Source: Aquificaceae bacterium
GTDB taxonomy: Bacteria; Aquificota; Aquificia; Aquificales; Aquificaceae
DNA length: 64,000 nt
Reading direction: 5' to 3'
Assembly: GCA_037925075.1 (NCBI GenBank)
Contig: JAXSNR010000001.1
Location: 128,001 to 192,000 of the forward strand
Below, piece by piece: positions 50,017 through 60,003 of this stretch. A program made the position numbers and the translations under genes. Position 1 is the stretch's first letter; every line of letters begins with the position of its first letter. The notes beneath the pieces were generated by a model that saw only the letters and a program-made list of their open reading frames with translations, did no database searches and was not told the DNA's origin.

Positions 50017-51063
50017 ATGAGAAAAATCATTGTTGTGGGTAGTGGAGTTATAGGTTTGAGCTGTGCCCTTTTTCTTGCGTCCAATGGTTATAGGGTTCAG
50101 GTTATAACCAGAAACCCAGAAGAAGCCACCTCATGGACCGCTGGGGGAATGCTGGCACCCTTCTCCGAAGGCTTGGAAGGAGAGCTTTTTGACTTTTCTT
50201 ACCAAAGCCTCAAGGCTTATCCAGATTTTATAGAACACTTAAGGGATGTTTCTAAGCAAGAGATAGACTTTTGGCAGGAGGGCATCTACAGGGTGGTGCT
50301 AAAAGGTGAAGAGGAACTCTTAAATATAGCAAACAGATACAAAAGCAAAGGCTATGGCGTTGAGTTTGTTGAAAAACCAGATAAGGGGCTCTCATCGGAG
50401 GTTATATCTCTCATACATTACACAGAAGAGGCTTGGGTGGATGCGGAGATGCTCATGGATGCCCTGCTTTTTGCTATGAAAAGGCTCAGTGTGGATTTGG
50501 TGGTAGATGAGATTTGTAAAGTTATAAAGGATAATGAAGAAATAAGAGGGGTTAAGGGTCTTAAATCCGAATACAGGGGGGATTTTTACCTTTTTGCCAC
50601 TGGTGCATGGACAAGGGAGCTTTTTGACCTTCCTGTATATCCTATAAAGGGTCAGGGGCTTAAGCTCAAAGGTGAGAGCCTACCAAGGGTTCATTACTCT
50701 TCTGTTTCTTACCTTATACCGAGAAAAAGGTACATCTATGTGGGTGCCACTTCCGAAGAGGTGGGCTTTGTGAGTGGAAACACCCTTGAGGGCATAAAAA
50801 TGCTCTCCGAAGGTGCCTTGCGTGTGGCTCCCGTGCTTTCAGAAGCCCGCATTCTGAGCATGCTATACGGCTACAGACCAGCCACACCTGACGAAAACCC
50901 CATTTTTCAGGTGGGAGACAACTACATGGTGGCGACAGGACACTATAGAAACGGCATTCTACACGCTCCCATAACCGCAAAAATTCTATTGGATTATCTC
51001 AAAGGACAAAAGTCAGCCTATATTGACCTTTTTTCATCAAGCAGGTTCTTAACCAAATCTTAA
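50017..51063 (+). CDS. thiO: Glycine oxidase
   Basis: VVGSGVIGLS, AGGMLAP, PIKGQ, YLIPR, RPATPD, GHYRNGIL. Confidence 0.9.
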   Translation: MRKIIVVGSGVIGLSCALFLASNGYRVQVITRNPEEATSWTAGGMLAPFSEGLEGELFDFSYQSLKAYPDFIEHLRDVSKQEIDFWQEGIYRVVLKGEEELLNIANRYKSKGYGVEFVEKPDKGLSSEVISLIHYTEEAWVDAEMLMDALLFAMKRLSVDLVVDEICKVIKDNEEIRGVKGLKSEYRGDFYLFATGAWTRELFDLPVYPIKGQGLKLKGESLPRVHYSSVSYLIPRKRYIYVGATSEEVGFVSGNTLEGIKMLSEGALRVAPVLSEARILSMLYGYRPATPDENPIFQVGDNYMVATGHYRNGILHAPITAKILLDYLKGQKSAYIDLFSSSRFLTKS

Positions 51064-51080
51064 CAGACTCTCTCTAATCT
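51047..51080 (+). promoter_or_regulatory. Putative Pho box plus -10 element of phoX
   Basis: TCTTAAC-CAAA-TCTTAAC (51047-51064), 10-nt spacer AGACTCTCTC, TAATCT (51075-51080). Confidence 0.8.
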
Positions 51081-51108
51081 AATACCCAAATCCATCAGGA
51101 GGTTTGCC

Positions 51109-53061
51109 ATGGGTGAGTACTTTGGTGATGTGCTTTCAAGAGCCCTTAATAGAAGAGAGGTTTTGAAGGGTGTTCTTTTTGGTACCGCGGGAGTTGGGCT
51201 TCTGTTGTGTGGTGGAAGCAGTGCAAATGCTAACCCTCTTAGCTTTAGCACCATCTATCCAAACACGGATGACAAGATAACACTGCCAGAAGGCTTTAGC
51301 CACAATGTGGTCATAAGGTGGGGAGATGCCCTTGATAGCGGTTCAAACCTTGATTGGAACCGGATAAGAACTCAGGGACCAGATTCTAACCATGTGGAAC
51401 GTCAGAAAATGTGCTTTGGTTATAACTGCGATTTTGTGGGATACCTAAAAACACCAGATAACAAGAGCCTGTTGGTGGTCAATCATGAGTACTGCAATCC
51501 TGAACTTATGTTTCCTAATTTCTTAGGTGCTGATGGAAAACCAAACTCAGGAAGACCAACAACTGAAGAATCTCTTTTAATGTTAGAAGCTCATGGCCTC
51601 TCTGTGGTGGAGATAAGAAGGAAAAGCGACGGAAGCTGGGAATATGTGAAGGGCTCATCCTACAACAGAAGGATAACGGGCTCCACAAGATGCGAGATCA
51701 CCGGTCCCACGAGAGGTCATAGACTCATGAGAAGCTACTACGATTCAGAAGGCATCTCTGTGCTTGGCACCCTTAACAACTGTGCGGGTGGTAAAACGCC
51801 TTGGGGTACGGTGCTGACCTGTGAGGAGAACTTTAACAGCTACTTTGGAGGGAACAGAAATAACATTAATCTACCTACTCCAGAGGATACCAACCTTGTA
51901 AAGTCCATACACCAGAGATATGGAGTGCCCAGCAGTTTTGCCTCTTACTACGGATTTATGAACCTTTCTGACAGAAACAACAGGAGAAGATTTCATATAG
52001 AGGATGAACCTAGGGAAGCCTTCAGGTTTGGCTGGGTTGTGGAAATTGACCCGATGAACCCCAACAGCACACCCAAAAAGAGAACAGCCCTTGGAAGAAT
52101 AAAGCACGAAGGGGCTACATGTGCTATAGCACCAGACGGTAGAGTGGTTATATACATGGGAGATGACGAAAGGTTTGAGTACATATACAAGTTTATAACT
52201 AAAGGGAGATATAATCCAAACAACAGACAAGCCAACATAAACCTTCTTGATGAGGGCGAGCTTTATGTGGCAAAGTTCAACGATAACCTTACTGGAGAGT
52301 GGATCCTCATAGCAAAATGTGAGAAAAATCCAGATGGAAGCTACAAGATAACACCCAATCCAAACCTTCCTGAGCCCTTCCAAAGTGATCCAGTGCTTTG
52401 CTACATAAACACAAGGGGAGCTGCAGACGCCCTTGGTGCCACAAAGATGGACAGACCAGAGGACATAGAATGGAACCATATCACAAAAAGTGCATGGGTT
52501 GCTCTTACCAATAACACAAGCAGAACCACTTCAGATGCCGCGAACCCCAGGTCTCCAAATTATATGGGGCATGTGTTAGAAATAAAAGAAGCAAACGGAA
52601 ATCCAGCTTCCCTTAACTTTAACTGGAGCATACCCATCCTCTGCGGAGACCCAAACGCCACGGACCAAAACAAAAAGCTCATAATATATGGACAGCCCGC
52701 AAGTTCCACAACTCCAGCCATATCCGCACCAGACAACTTTGTAATAGACAAGCTTGGAAATGTTTGGATAGCCACGGATGGAAACCCAAGCTCCTCAAGG
52801 CTTAAGAAAAACGACGGAGTTTATGTGCTAAATCCTTTCAAGAAAGAGTTTAAGATGTTCCTTTCTGGAGTGCCGGGCTGTGAAATATGTGGTCCTGAGT
52901 TTTCTGATGACTGGAAGACCTTCTTCTGTGCCATCCAGCACCCCGGAGAGACAGACACCAACAATCCAAACAGCAAGTGGCCCTATGACGGGACAGCAGA
53001 TGTACCAAGGCCATCGGTTATTGCGGTTTGGAGAAGGGACGGAAGAGACATATTCGCATAA
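51109..53061 (+). CDS. phoX: PhoX-family alkaline phosphatase (Tat-exported)
   Basis: NRREVLKG Tat signal, VNHEY, NNCAGGKTPWGTVLTCEEN, LGRIKHE, MDRPED, PDN, CEICG, IQHPG. Confidence 0.93.
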   Translation: MGEYFGDVLSRALNRREVLKGVLFGTAGVGLLLCGGSSANANPLSFSTIYPNTDDKITLPEGFSHNVVIRWGDALDSGSNLDWNRIRTQGPDSNHVERQKMCFGYNCDFVGYLKTPDNKSLLVVNHEYCNPELMFPNFLGADGKPNSGRPTTEESLLMLEAHGLSVVEIRRKSDGSWEYVKGSSYNRRITGSTRCEITGPTRGHRLMRSYYDSEGISVLGTLNNCAGGKTPWGTVLTCEENFNSYFGGNRNNINLPTPEDTNLVKSIHQRYGVPSSFASYYGFMNLSDRNNRRRFHIEDEPREAFRFGWVVEIDPMNPNSTPKKRTALGRIKHEGATCAIAPDGRVVIYMGDDERFEYIYKFITKGRYNPNNRQANINLLDEGELYVAKFNDNLTGEWILIAKCEKNPDGSYKITPNPNLPEPFQSDPVLCYINTRGAADALGATKMDRPEDIEWNHITKSAWVALTNNTSRTTSDAANPRSPNYMGHVLEIKEANGNPASLNFNWSIPILCGDPNATDQNKKLIIYGQPASSTTPAISAPDNFVIDKLGNVWIATDGNPSSSRLKKNDGVYVLNPFKKEFKMFLSGVPGCEICGPEFSDDWKTFFCAIQHPGETDTNNPNSKWPYDGTADVPRPSVIAVWRRDGRDIFA

Positions 53062-53158
53062 ATCCTTCTGAAGCCTACTTTATTTTTATATGACAAAAAC
53101 CATCAACTTTTGAAAACTTGGCTTATAATTATTAACCACTTTTTGGTAGGAGGCAGGT

Positions 53159-53575
53159 ATGAAGGTAAGGGTGGTTCAGAAGGAGGACTTTCATTTCTTG
53201 GGCATGGGTGAATCGGGAAGGGAAGTGCCCATAGACGCAGCAGGTTATGTGGGTGGAAAGGGTAGAGGCATAAGGCCGCCGGAACTACTTTTCCATTCCA
53301 TCGCAGGCTGTGTAGGCATACACCTATATGAAGCCCTACACAAGGAAGGCAAACACACGGAAAGCATAGAAATAGAAACGGATGCGGAAAGAATCACAGA
53401 AGGCTACCCGAAGGTTTTCACCAAGATATACCTATTTGTAAAGGTAAAGGGCGATGTTTCTGAGGAGGATGTGAAAAAGGCACTGGACAAAACCATATAC
53501 GACCCCGGGACTTGTTCCATAGCATACATGATAAACAAGGTTGCACCTATAGAATACAAGGTAGAGATCCTTTAG
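53159..53575 (+). CDS. OsmC family protein
   Basis: RPPELLFHSIAGC, TCSIA two-Cys pattern. Confidence 0.85.
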   Translation: MKVRVVQKEDFHFLGMGESGREVPIDAAGYVGGKGRGIRPPELLFHSIAGCVGIHLYEALHKEGKHTESIEIETDAERITEGYPKVFTKIYLFVKVKGDVSEEDVKKALDKTIYDPGTCSIAYMINKVAPIEYKVEIL

Positions 53576-53585
53576 GAGGCTGTGC

Positions 53586-55004
53586 ATGTTTAAAAAGGTT
53601 CTCATTGCCAACAGGGGCGAAATAGCCTGTAGGGTTATAAGAGCATGCAAAGAGCTTGGAATAAAGACGGTAGCCATCTACAACGAGATAGAATCCACCG
53701 CAAGGCATGTAAAGATGGCGGACGAAGCCTACATGATAGGGGTAAATCCTTTGGATACATACCTGAACGCGGAACGCATAGTGGACCTTGCCCTTGAGGT
53801 GGGTGCGGATGCCATACATCCGGGATACGGCTTTTTGGCTGAAAACGAGCACTTTGCAAGGCTTTGTGAAGAAAAGGGTATAAACTTCATAGGACCTCAC
53901 TGGAAGGTTATAGAGCTTATGGGGGACAAGGCAAGGTCAAAGGAGATAGCAAAGAAGGCTGGGCTTCCCACAGTGCCCGGAAGCGATGGAATCCTAAAGG
54001 ACGAGCAAGAAGCCAAGCAGATAGCAAAAGAGATAGGCTATCCTGTGCTTTTGAAAGCTTCCGCAGGTGGTGGTGGAAGGGGCATAAGGATATGCAGGAA
54101 CGAAGAGGAGCTTCTTAAAAACTACGAAAGTGCCTACAATGAAGCCCTTAAAGCCTTTGGAAGGGGGGACCTCCTCCTTGAAAAATACATAGAAAACCCA
54201 CATCACATAGAGTTTCAAGTGCTTGGAGATAAATACGGTAATGTGATACATCTTGGTGAAAGGGACTGTTCTATTCAGAGGAGAAACCAAAAGCTTGTAG
54301 AGATTGCACCCTCATTGCTTTTGACACCCGGTAAGAGGGCATACTACGGAGAGCTTGTAGTTCAAGCAGCAAAGGAGATAGGCTACTACAGTGCTGGCAC
54401 TATGGAGTTCGTGGCAGACGAAAAGGGAAACCTATACTTTATTGAGATGAACACGCGTATTCAGGTGGAGCATCCTGTATCCGAGATGATAACGGGTGTG
54501 GATATAGTAAAGTGGCAACTAAGAATTGCAGCGGGTGAGCCTCTTAGATACAAGCAGGAGGATATAAAGTTTAACGGCTATTCCATAGAAGTGAGGATTA
54601 ACGCAGAGGACCCCAAAAAGAACTTCGCACCAAGTATAGGTACCATAGAAAGATACTATGTGCCAGGAGGATTTGGTATAAGGGTGGAGCATGCTGCATC
54701 AAGAGGCTATGAAATCACTCCCTATTATGATTCTATGATTGCCAAACTCATAGTCTGGGCACCCCAATGGGAGGTTGCTGTAGATAGGATGAAAGCAGCA
54801 CTGGAAACCTACGAGATAACCGGCATAAAGACCACCATACCACTCCTCATAGAAATCATGAAAGACCCAGACTTTAGGGCTGGTAAGTTCAACACCAGAT
54901 ATTTAGAAACCCATCCCCACCTTTTTGAGTACCAAGAGGCAAAACATAAGGAAGATTTTGTAGCTTTTATATCTGCGGCAATAGCCGCATATCATGGACT
55001 TTAA
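53586..55004 (+). CDS. cfiB: 2-oxoglutarate carboxylase small (biotin carboxylase) subunit
   Basis: ANRGEIA, HPGYGFLAEN, RDCSIQRR, EMNTRIQVEH; 472 aa, paired with cfiA; matches my recollection of Hydrogenobacter CfiB. Confidence 0.8.
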   Translation: MFKKVLIANRGEIACRVIRACKELGIKTVAIYNEIESTARHVKMADEAYMIGVNPLDTYLNAERIVDLALEVGADAIHPGYGFLAENEHFARLCEEKGINFIGPHWKVIELMGDKARSKEIAKKAGLPTVPGSDGILKDEQEAKQIAKEIGYPVLLKASAGGGGRGIRICRNEEELLKNYESAYNEALKAFGRGDLLLEKYIENPHHIEFQVLGDKYGNVIHLGERDCSIQRRNQKLVEIAPSLLLTPGKRAYYGELVVQAAKEIGYYSAGTMEFVADEKGNLYFIEMNTRIQVEHPVSEMITGVDIVKWQLRIAAGEPLRYKQEDIKFNGYSIEVRINAEDPKKNFAPSIGTIERYYVPGGFGIRVEHAASRGYEITPYYDSMIAKLIVWAPQWEVAVDRMKAALETYEITGIKTTIPLLIEIMKDPDFRAGKFNTRYLETHPHLFEYQEAKHKEDFVAFISAAIAAYHGL

Positions 55005-55017
55005 AAGGAGGTAAGGC

Positions 55018-56979
55018 ATGCAAGCTTTAGAGGTGATGGAAGAAATCCAAGCACAACTCAAAGAACTTGAAAGGTCTGGCTTTAGGAAAAAGATACTTAT
55101 CACAGACCTCACACCAAGAGATGGACAGCAATGTAAGCTAGCAACGCGCGTGAGAACCGATGACCTTTTGCCCTTGTGTGAAAAGTTGGATAAGGTGGGC
55201 TTTTATGCGGTAGAGGTATGGGGTGGAGCCACTTATGATGTTTGCCTGAGATATCTCAAAGAAGACCCATGGGAGAGGCTTAGACGTATAAAGGAGGTTA
55301 TGCCAAACACCAAACTGCAAATGCTTTTCAGGGGTCAAAACATAGTGGGGTACAGGCCCAAGTCTGATAAGTTGGTTTATAAGTTTGTAGAAAGGGCTAT
55401 AGCCAATGGAATAACCGTCTTTAGGGTCTTTGACGCCCTCAACGATAACAGAAACATTAAGACAGCAGTGAAGGCTATAAAGGAGTTTGGGGGAGAAGCC
55501 CATGCGGAGATAAGCTATACAAGAAGCCCTGTGCATACCATAGAAAAGTGGGTGGAGTATGCCCTTGAAATAGCGGAGATGGGAGCGGACTGGCTATCTT
55601 TCAAAGATGCGACAGGTATAATCATGCCCCTTGAGACCTATACAATAATAAAGAGAATAAAGGAAGCAACAGGAGGAAAACTGCCCGTACTTCTTCACAA
55701 CCACGATATGAGCGGAACCGCTATAGTAAATCACATGATGGCAATCCTTGCAGGTGTGGATATGGTGGATACGGTGCTTTCACCTTTGGCTTTTGGTTCA
55801 TCCCATCCTGCCACAGAGTCTGTGGTTGCCATGCTTGAAGGCACACCCTTTGACACAGGACTTGACCTAAAGAAGATAGAAGAATGTGCGGAGATCACCA
55901 AGCAGATACGTAAGAAGTACAAAAAGTACGAAACCGAATATGCGGGTGTAAATGCCAAGGTGCTAATTCACAAGATACCGGGCGGTATGATATCCAATAT
56001 GGTCGCCCAGCTTATAGAGGCAAACGCCATAGACAAGATAGAACAAGCTTTGGAAGAAGTGCCCAACGTGGAAAGAGACCTTGGATATCCACCCTTGCTT
56101 ACTCCATCTTCTCAGATAGTAGGCGTTCAGGCGGTCCTAAATGTTATATCAGGCGAAAGGTACAAAGTAATAACCAAAGAGGTAAGGGACTACGTGGAAG
56201 GCAAGTACGGAAAGCCACCAGGTCCTATTTCCAAAGAGCTTGCAGAGAAGATTCTCGGACCCGGAAAGGAGCCAGACTTTTCCATCCGTGCCGCAGACCT
56301 TGCGGACCCCAACGACTGGGACAAGGCATACGAAGAAACAAAAGCCTTACTTGGAAAAGAGCCCACGGACGAAGAGGTGCTTCTGTATGCCCTCTTCCCC
56401 ATGCAGGCAAAGGACTTCTTTATAGCAAGGGAAAAGGGAGAACTTCATGCGGAGCCCATTGAAGAGCTTGCGGAAACCACAGAAGTTAAGCCGGGCACAG
56501 TTCCAGGTGCGGCACCCGTGGAGTTTGAAGTCATCTATCACGGAGAGAAGTTCAAAGTAAAGGTAGAAGGAGTAAGTGCTCATACTGAACCCGGAAAGCC
56601 AAGAAAGTATTACATCAGAGTGGATGGAAGGTTAGAAGAGGTACAACTCACGCCCCAGTTAGAAGCCATACCCTCTGGGGGTATATCTCAGGCTGTGGCA
56701 CAAGTTGAGGAAAAGGGTATTCCGAAGGCAAGCCAACCGGGAGATGCTACCGCACCCATGCCTGGAAGGGTGGTAAGGGTTTTGGTGGAAGAAGGGCAAC
56801 CTGTAAACGAAGGGCAGACGGTGGCTATAGTAGAGGCTATGAAGATGGAAAATGAAATACACGCACCTATAACGGGAGTGGTCAAAAAGATATTCGTAAA
56901 ACCCGGAGACAACGTCACGCCGGACGATGCCCTTTTAAGGATTGAACCAGTAAAACCAGAAGGAGATACTTACGGATAA
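55018..56979 (+). CDS. cfiA: 2-oxoglutarate carboxylase large (carboxyltransferase plus biotin carrier) subunit
   Basis: DLTPRDGQQCKLATRVRT variant of the pyruvate-carboxylase motif, HNHD, PGGMISN, EAMKM biotin site. Confidence 0.82.
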   Translation: MQALEVMEEIQAQLKELERSGFRKKILITDLTPRDGQQCKLATRVRTDDLLPLCEKLDKVGFYAVEVWGGATYDVCLRYLKEDPWERLRRIKEVMPNTKLQMLFRGQNIVGYRPKSDKLVYKFVERAIANGITVFRVFDALNDNRNIKTAVKAIKEFGGEAHAEISYTRSPVHTIEKWVEYALEIAEMGADWLSFKDATGIIMPLETYTIIKRIKEATGGKLPVLLHNHDMSGTAIVNHMMAILAGVDMVDTVLSPLAFGSSHPATESVVAMLEGTPFDTGLDLKKIEECAEITKQIRKKYKKYETEYAGVNAKVLIHKIPGGMISNMVAQLIEANAIDKIEQALEEVPNVERDLGYPPLLTPSSQIVGVQAVLNVISGERYKVITKEVRDYVEGKYGKPPGPISKELAEKILGPGKEPDFSIRAADLADPNDWDKAYEETKALLGKEPTDEEVLLYALFPMQAKDFFIAREKGELHAEPIEELAETTEVKPGTVPGAAPVEFEVIYHGEKFKVKVEGVSAHTEPGKPRKYYIRVDGRLEEVQLTPQLEAIPSGGISQAVAQVEEKGIPKASQPGDATAPMPGRVVRVLVEEGQPVNEGQTVAIVEAMKMENEIHAPITGVVKKIFVKPGDNVTPDDALLRIEPVKPEGDTYG

Positions 56980-56989
56980 GGAGGATCCA

Positions 56990-57457
56990 ATGCTAAAGGA
57001 AGGAGACTTGGCACCAGATTTTTGTTTGGAAGGTATAGACGAAGAGGGGAAGGATGGAAGGTTTTGCTTGAAAGAACTTCTCTCCTCCCCCCTTATCCTT
57101 TATTTTTATCCCAAAGATGACACGCCGGGTTGCACCCAAGAGGCTTGCGACTTTAGGGATAATCTCAATCTTCTGAAGTCAAAGGGGTTTAAGGTGGTTG
57201 GCGTAAGTCCAGACAGTCTTCAATCTCACAAGAAGTTTAAGGAAAAGTATGGACTTAACTTTTTACTGCTGAGCGATCCTCAAAAGGAGGTACTTAAAGC
57301 TTACGGAGCGTATGGTAAGAAAAAGATGTATGGAAAGGAAACCGAAGGTGTAATTAGAAGCACCTTTGTGATTTCCACAGAGGGGAAGATATTAAAAGCT
57401 TTCTACAATGTTAAGGCAAAGGGGCACGTAGAAGGTCTCATTAACCACTTGACATAG
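56990..57457 (+). CDS. bcp: Thioredoxin-dependent peroxiredoxin (BCP)
   Basis: YFYPKDDTPGCTQEACDFRD, RSTFVI. Confidence 0.93.
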   Translation: MLKEGDLAPDFCLEGIDEEGKDGRFCLKELLSSPLILYFYPKDDTPGCTQEACDFRDNLNLLKSKGFKVVGVSPDSLQSHKKFKEKYGLNFLLLSDPQKEVLKAYGAYGKKKMYGKETEGVIRSTFVISTEGKILKAFYNVKAKGHVEGLINHLT

Positions 57458-57478
57458 CCTTATGATGGGTTGTATAAT
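57449..57478 (+). promoter_or_regulatory. Consensus sigma70 promoter of the Q/P/A lipoprotein
   Basis: TTGACA (57449-57454)-N18-TATAAT (57473-57478). Confidence 0.75.
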
Positions 57479-57510
57479 ACTAAACATAAACTACAAAGGA
57501 GGTAGATAAA

Positions 57511-57762
57511 ATGAGAAAGCTCATAGCACTTGGAGTTGCAAGCCTTGCACTTCTGGTGGCATCTTGCCAGCAAAAGCCCGCTGAGCAACCTGCACAACCT
57601 GCTGAGCAACAGCAACCTGCGCAACCTGCACAACCAGCTCAACCTGCTGAACAACAGCAACAACAACCCGCACAACCTGCTGAGCAGCAACAACAACCTG
57701 CACAACCTGCCGAGCAAAAACCCGCTGAGCAACAACAGCCTGCAGGAGAACAAAAGAAGTAA
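57511..57762 (+). CDS. Low-complexity Gln/Pro/Ala-repeat lipoprotein
   Basis: Lipobox LVASC; tandem QPA / PAEQQQ repeats; AGGAGG SD. Confidence 0.8.
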   Translation: MRKLIALGVASLALLVASCQQKPAEQPAQPAEQQQPAQPAQPAQPAEQQQQQPAQPAEQQQQPAQPAEQKPAEQQQPAGEQKK

Positions 57763-57768
57763 AACCAT

Positions 57769-57788
57769 AGGGGGCCCAGCCCCCCTTT
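57769..57788 (+). terminator. Rho-independent terminator-like hairpin
   Basis: GGGGGC-CCA-GCCCCC followed by CTTT. Confidence 0.5.
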
Positions 57789-57813
57789 AAATTTTTCCTA
57801 AGGAGTAGGGTTT

Positions 57814-58113
57814 ATGTATGCGGTTATAGAAAGTGGCGGTAAGCAGTATAAGGTTGAGAAGGGACTTAGGTTGAAAATTGAAAGAATACCTCAAGAGGTT
57901 GGTTCAGAGGTAGAATTTACACCCCTTATGCTCAAAAAGGATAACGGCTCTGTGGAGTTTGGAAAAGGGAAGGTATTAGTGGAAGTGGTTTCTCATGGCA
58001 AGCATAAAAAGGTAACAGTGTTCAAGTTCAGAGCAAAGAAAAACTACAAGCGCTGGAAAGGCCACAGACAGCCCTACACGGAGATACTTGTAAAGGAAAT
58101 TAAGGAGGTCTAA
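57814..58113 (+). CDS. rplU: 50S ribosomal protein L21
   Basis: [21 protein letters not shown]. Confidence 0.97.
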   Translation: MYAVIESGGKQYKVEKGLRLKIERIPQEVGSEVEFTPLMLKKDNGSVEFGKGKVLVEVVSHGKHKKVTVFKFRAKKNYKRWKGHRQPYTEILVKEIKEV

Positions 58114-58114
58114 G

Positions 58115-58381
58115 ATGGCATCCAAGGCAAGCGGTGGTTCAACGAGAAACGGTAGAGACAGTCATTCAAAAAGGCTTGGTGTAAAAAGGTATGACGGCCA
58201 AATAGTCAAAGCAGGCAACGTACTTATAAGGCAAAGGGGCACAAAGGTGTATCCCGGCACAAATGTGGGCATGGGTTCGGATTTTACCCTTTATGCGCTC
58301 ATAGATGGTGTGGTAAAGTTCGAAACCAGAAGAAACAAAAAGCGGGTAAGCGTTTTACCTCTGGAAACGGCTACAACCTAA
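58115..58381 (+). CDS. rpmA: 50S ribosomal protein L27
   Basis: [27 protein letters not shown]. Confidence 0.97.
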   Translation: MASKASGGSTRNGRDSHSKRLGVKRYDGQIVKAGNVLIRQRGTKVYPGTNVGMGSDFTLYALIDGVVKFETRRNKKRVSVLPLETATT

Positions 58382-59300
58382 GGCTCTTATCTCTCCCCTT
58401 GTAGCTCACCAAGTCCTTTATGGCCACTGCAAACTCTCTTATTTCCTTTTGAGCACCTTCATGGGCTCTTAGACTTATAAAGTTGTCAAGGGACACTCGC
58501 GGCACAGTCCAGTAAAACCTCGTCTTCATAAACTGTGGGAGAATACCTCTTGCCAACTCCTTGGCAACACCTTTTTCTGTCATCGCTTTGTATAGGTCCT
58601 GAAGGTCTTGGACATACCATATTATTTTTTTTAGAAACAAGGAGTTCCATGGCTCTTCTATGGGCTCTTCTATGGAAGCCTGTTTGTTGCTCTTGGCTTG
58701 TTTTCTAAGATACTGAGGGACATAAAACTCTGGCTCATAGCTTACATACCTCCTGCTAACTTCGTTATAGGAGCCGAACCTGTGCCTGTGCCATTGGCGG
58801 GCGACAAAGAGAGGACATTCCACCACAAAGGTGTAATAGTCCATATCTGTACCCAGTTCAAGGCTATCCACAAACCCGATCCAACCAGAAGAGGTTTCTA
58901 CTCTTTCCTTTACGTAAGCTGTGTCTGTAGAGTAGTTTTCTGGATGCCTATCCAATAGAATAGCGCTTGTGGCGGGAAGTTTTTCTTTGAGAATCTCCCC
59001 TATATCACTTGGGAAAAGCTCCATGGCGTTTATGTAGTTTCTGAGATTTAGCCATATGTATCCCCCCGAATAATAAACCTGCACCGCCGGGCTTGGAAGG
59101 TTTTTGAGTATGCCAAGCCAAAGTTCTTGAGTTCCCTCAAAGGCTATGACCACATGCTCAAAGGGTGATGCGTGCCTGTGCTGTAGAAGATACCTTATTA
59201 GCTTTATATCCCTTTCCTTGTCTACCTCTTCGTCCTTTGAAAAGGAAACTCGGGCACACCTGACAATCCTTTGATCTGATCCCATAACATGAACCTTCAT
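58371..59300 (-). CDS. thyX: FAD-dependent thymidylate synthase
   Basis: [45 protein letters not shown]. Confidence 0.93.
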   Translation of the reverse strand: MKVHVMGSDQRIVRCARVSFSKDEEVDKERDIKLIRYLLQHRHASPFEHVVIAFEGTQELWLGILKNLPSPAVQVYYSGGYIWLNLRNYINAMELFPSDIGEILKEKLPATSAILLDRHPENYSTDTAYVKERVETSSGWIGFVDSLELGTDMDYYTFVVECPLFVARQWHRHRFGSYNEVSRRYVSYEPEFYVPQYLRKQAKSNKQASIEEPIEEPWNSLFLKKIIWYVQDLQDLYKAMTEKGVAKELARGILPQFMKTRFYWTVPRVSLDNFISLRAHEGAQKEIREFAVAIKDLVSYKGRDKSLRL

Positions 59301-59986
59301 AGAACCTCCAAGAGCTTTTTAACGCCTGTGCTTGCAGGTTCTCTTATTATAACATCCACTACGGATGATATGGGCGTGTCCTCTGGGTTTATCTCTATAA
59401 GCTTTGCTCCATGATGTTTTGCAAGGTAGGGAAGCTCGGCAGCAGGATAGACCACCCCAGAAGTCCCAACAACCACAAACACATCACAACTTTTTGCCCA
59501 ACGGTAGGCAAGGCTAAGGGCATCCTCTGGCAGAGCTTCCCCGAACCAAACCACATCGGGCCTTATCAAACCGCCGCATTCCTTACAGGTAGGTGGTAGC
59601 TTGGGAAAGCTCAAAGAATAGTCATAATAAACTGCACCACAGGAGAGACATCTAACCCTCCATATGTTTCCGTGAAGCTCTATAAGCCTTTGGGAGCCAG
59701 CCTTTTGGTGAAGCCCATCCACATTTTGGGTTATCAGTAGAAAATCCTCACCATATGTCTTTTCAAGCTCCACAAGGGCAAGGTGTCCGGCGTTAGGCTT
59801 GGCGGTTGCTATTTTGGACCTTCTCCACGTATACCACTCCCAAACAAGCGCGGGATTTTTCCGAAAAGCCTGCGGTGTTGCCAGCTCTTCGGGTTTGAAG
59901 TTTTTCCACAAACCACCTTGACCCCTAAAAGTGGGAACACCACTTTCCGCGGATATACCAGCACCGGTAAGAATTGCAAGCTTCAT
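59297..59986 (-). CDS. cobB: NAD-dependent protein deacylase (sirtuin)
   Basis: TGAGISAESGVPTFRG, TQNVDGLH, HG, two CxxC, RPDVVWFGE. Confidence 0.95.
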   Translation of the reverse strand: MKLAILTGAGISAESGVPTFRGQGGLWKNFKPEELATPQAFRKNPALVWEWYTWRRSKIATAKPNAGHLALVELEKTYGEDFLLITQNVDGLHQKAGSQRLIELHGNIWRVRCLSCGAVYYDYSLSFPKLPPTCKECGGLIRPDVVWFGEALPEDALSLAYRWAKSCDVFVVVGTSGVVYPAAELPYLAKHHGAKLIEINPEDTPISSVVDVIIREPASTGVKKLLEVL

Positions 59987-60003
59987 GGAATAATATATAA
60001 ACC

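Noticed and set aside
33748..52479. Long antisense ORFs such as 33748-34404, 45426-46004 and 51871-52479
   Set aside because: Fully overlap well-supported genes (rpoN, ilvD, phoX) on the opposite strand and carry no motifs.
53586..56979. Pyruvate carboxylase or acetyl-CoA carboxylase call
   Set aside because: The DLTPRDGQQCKLATR variant and subunit lengths fit 2-oxoglutarate carboxylase better; a phylogeny would confirm.
57460..57790. Alternative-frame ORFs over the Q/P/A lipoprotein (Leu-, Val- or Asn-rich)
   Set aside because: By-products of a stop-free tandem repeat; only 57511-57762 has promoter, SD and lipobox.
58371..59300. Intein in thyX
   Set aside because: The insert lacks a C/S start, HN end and endonuclease motifs, and the RHRxxSxxxxSxR motif is uninterrupted.
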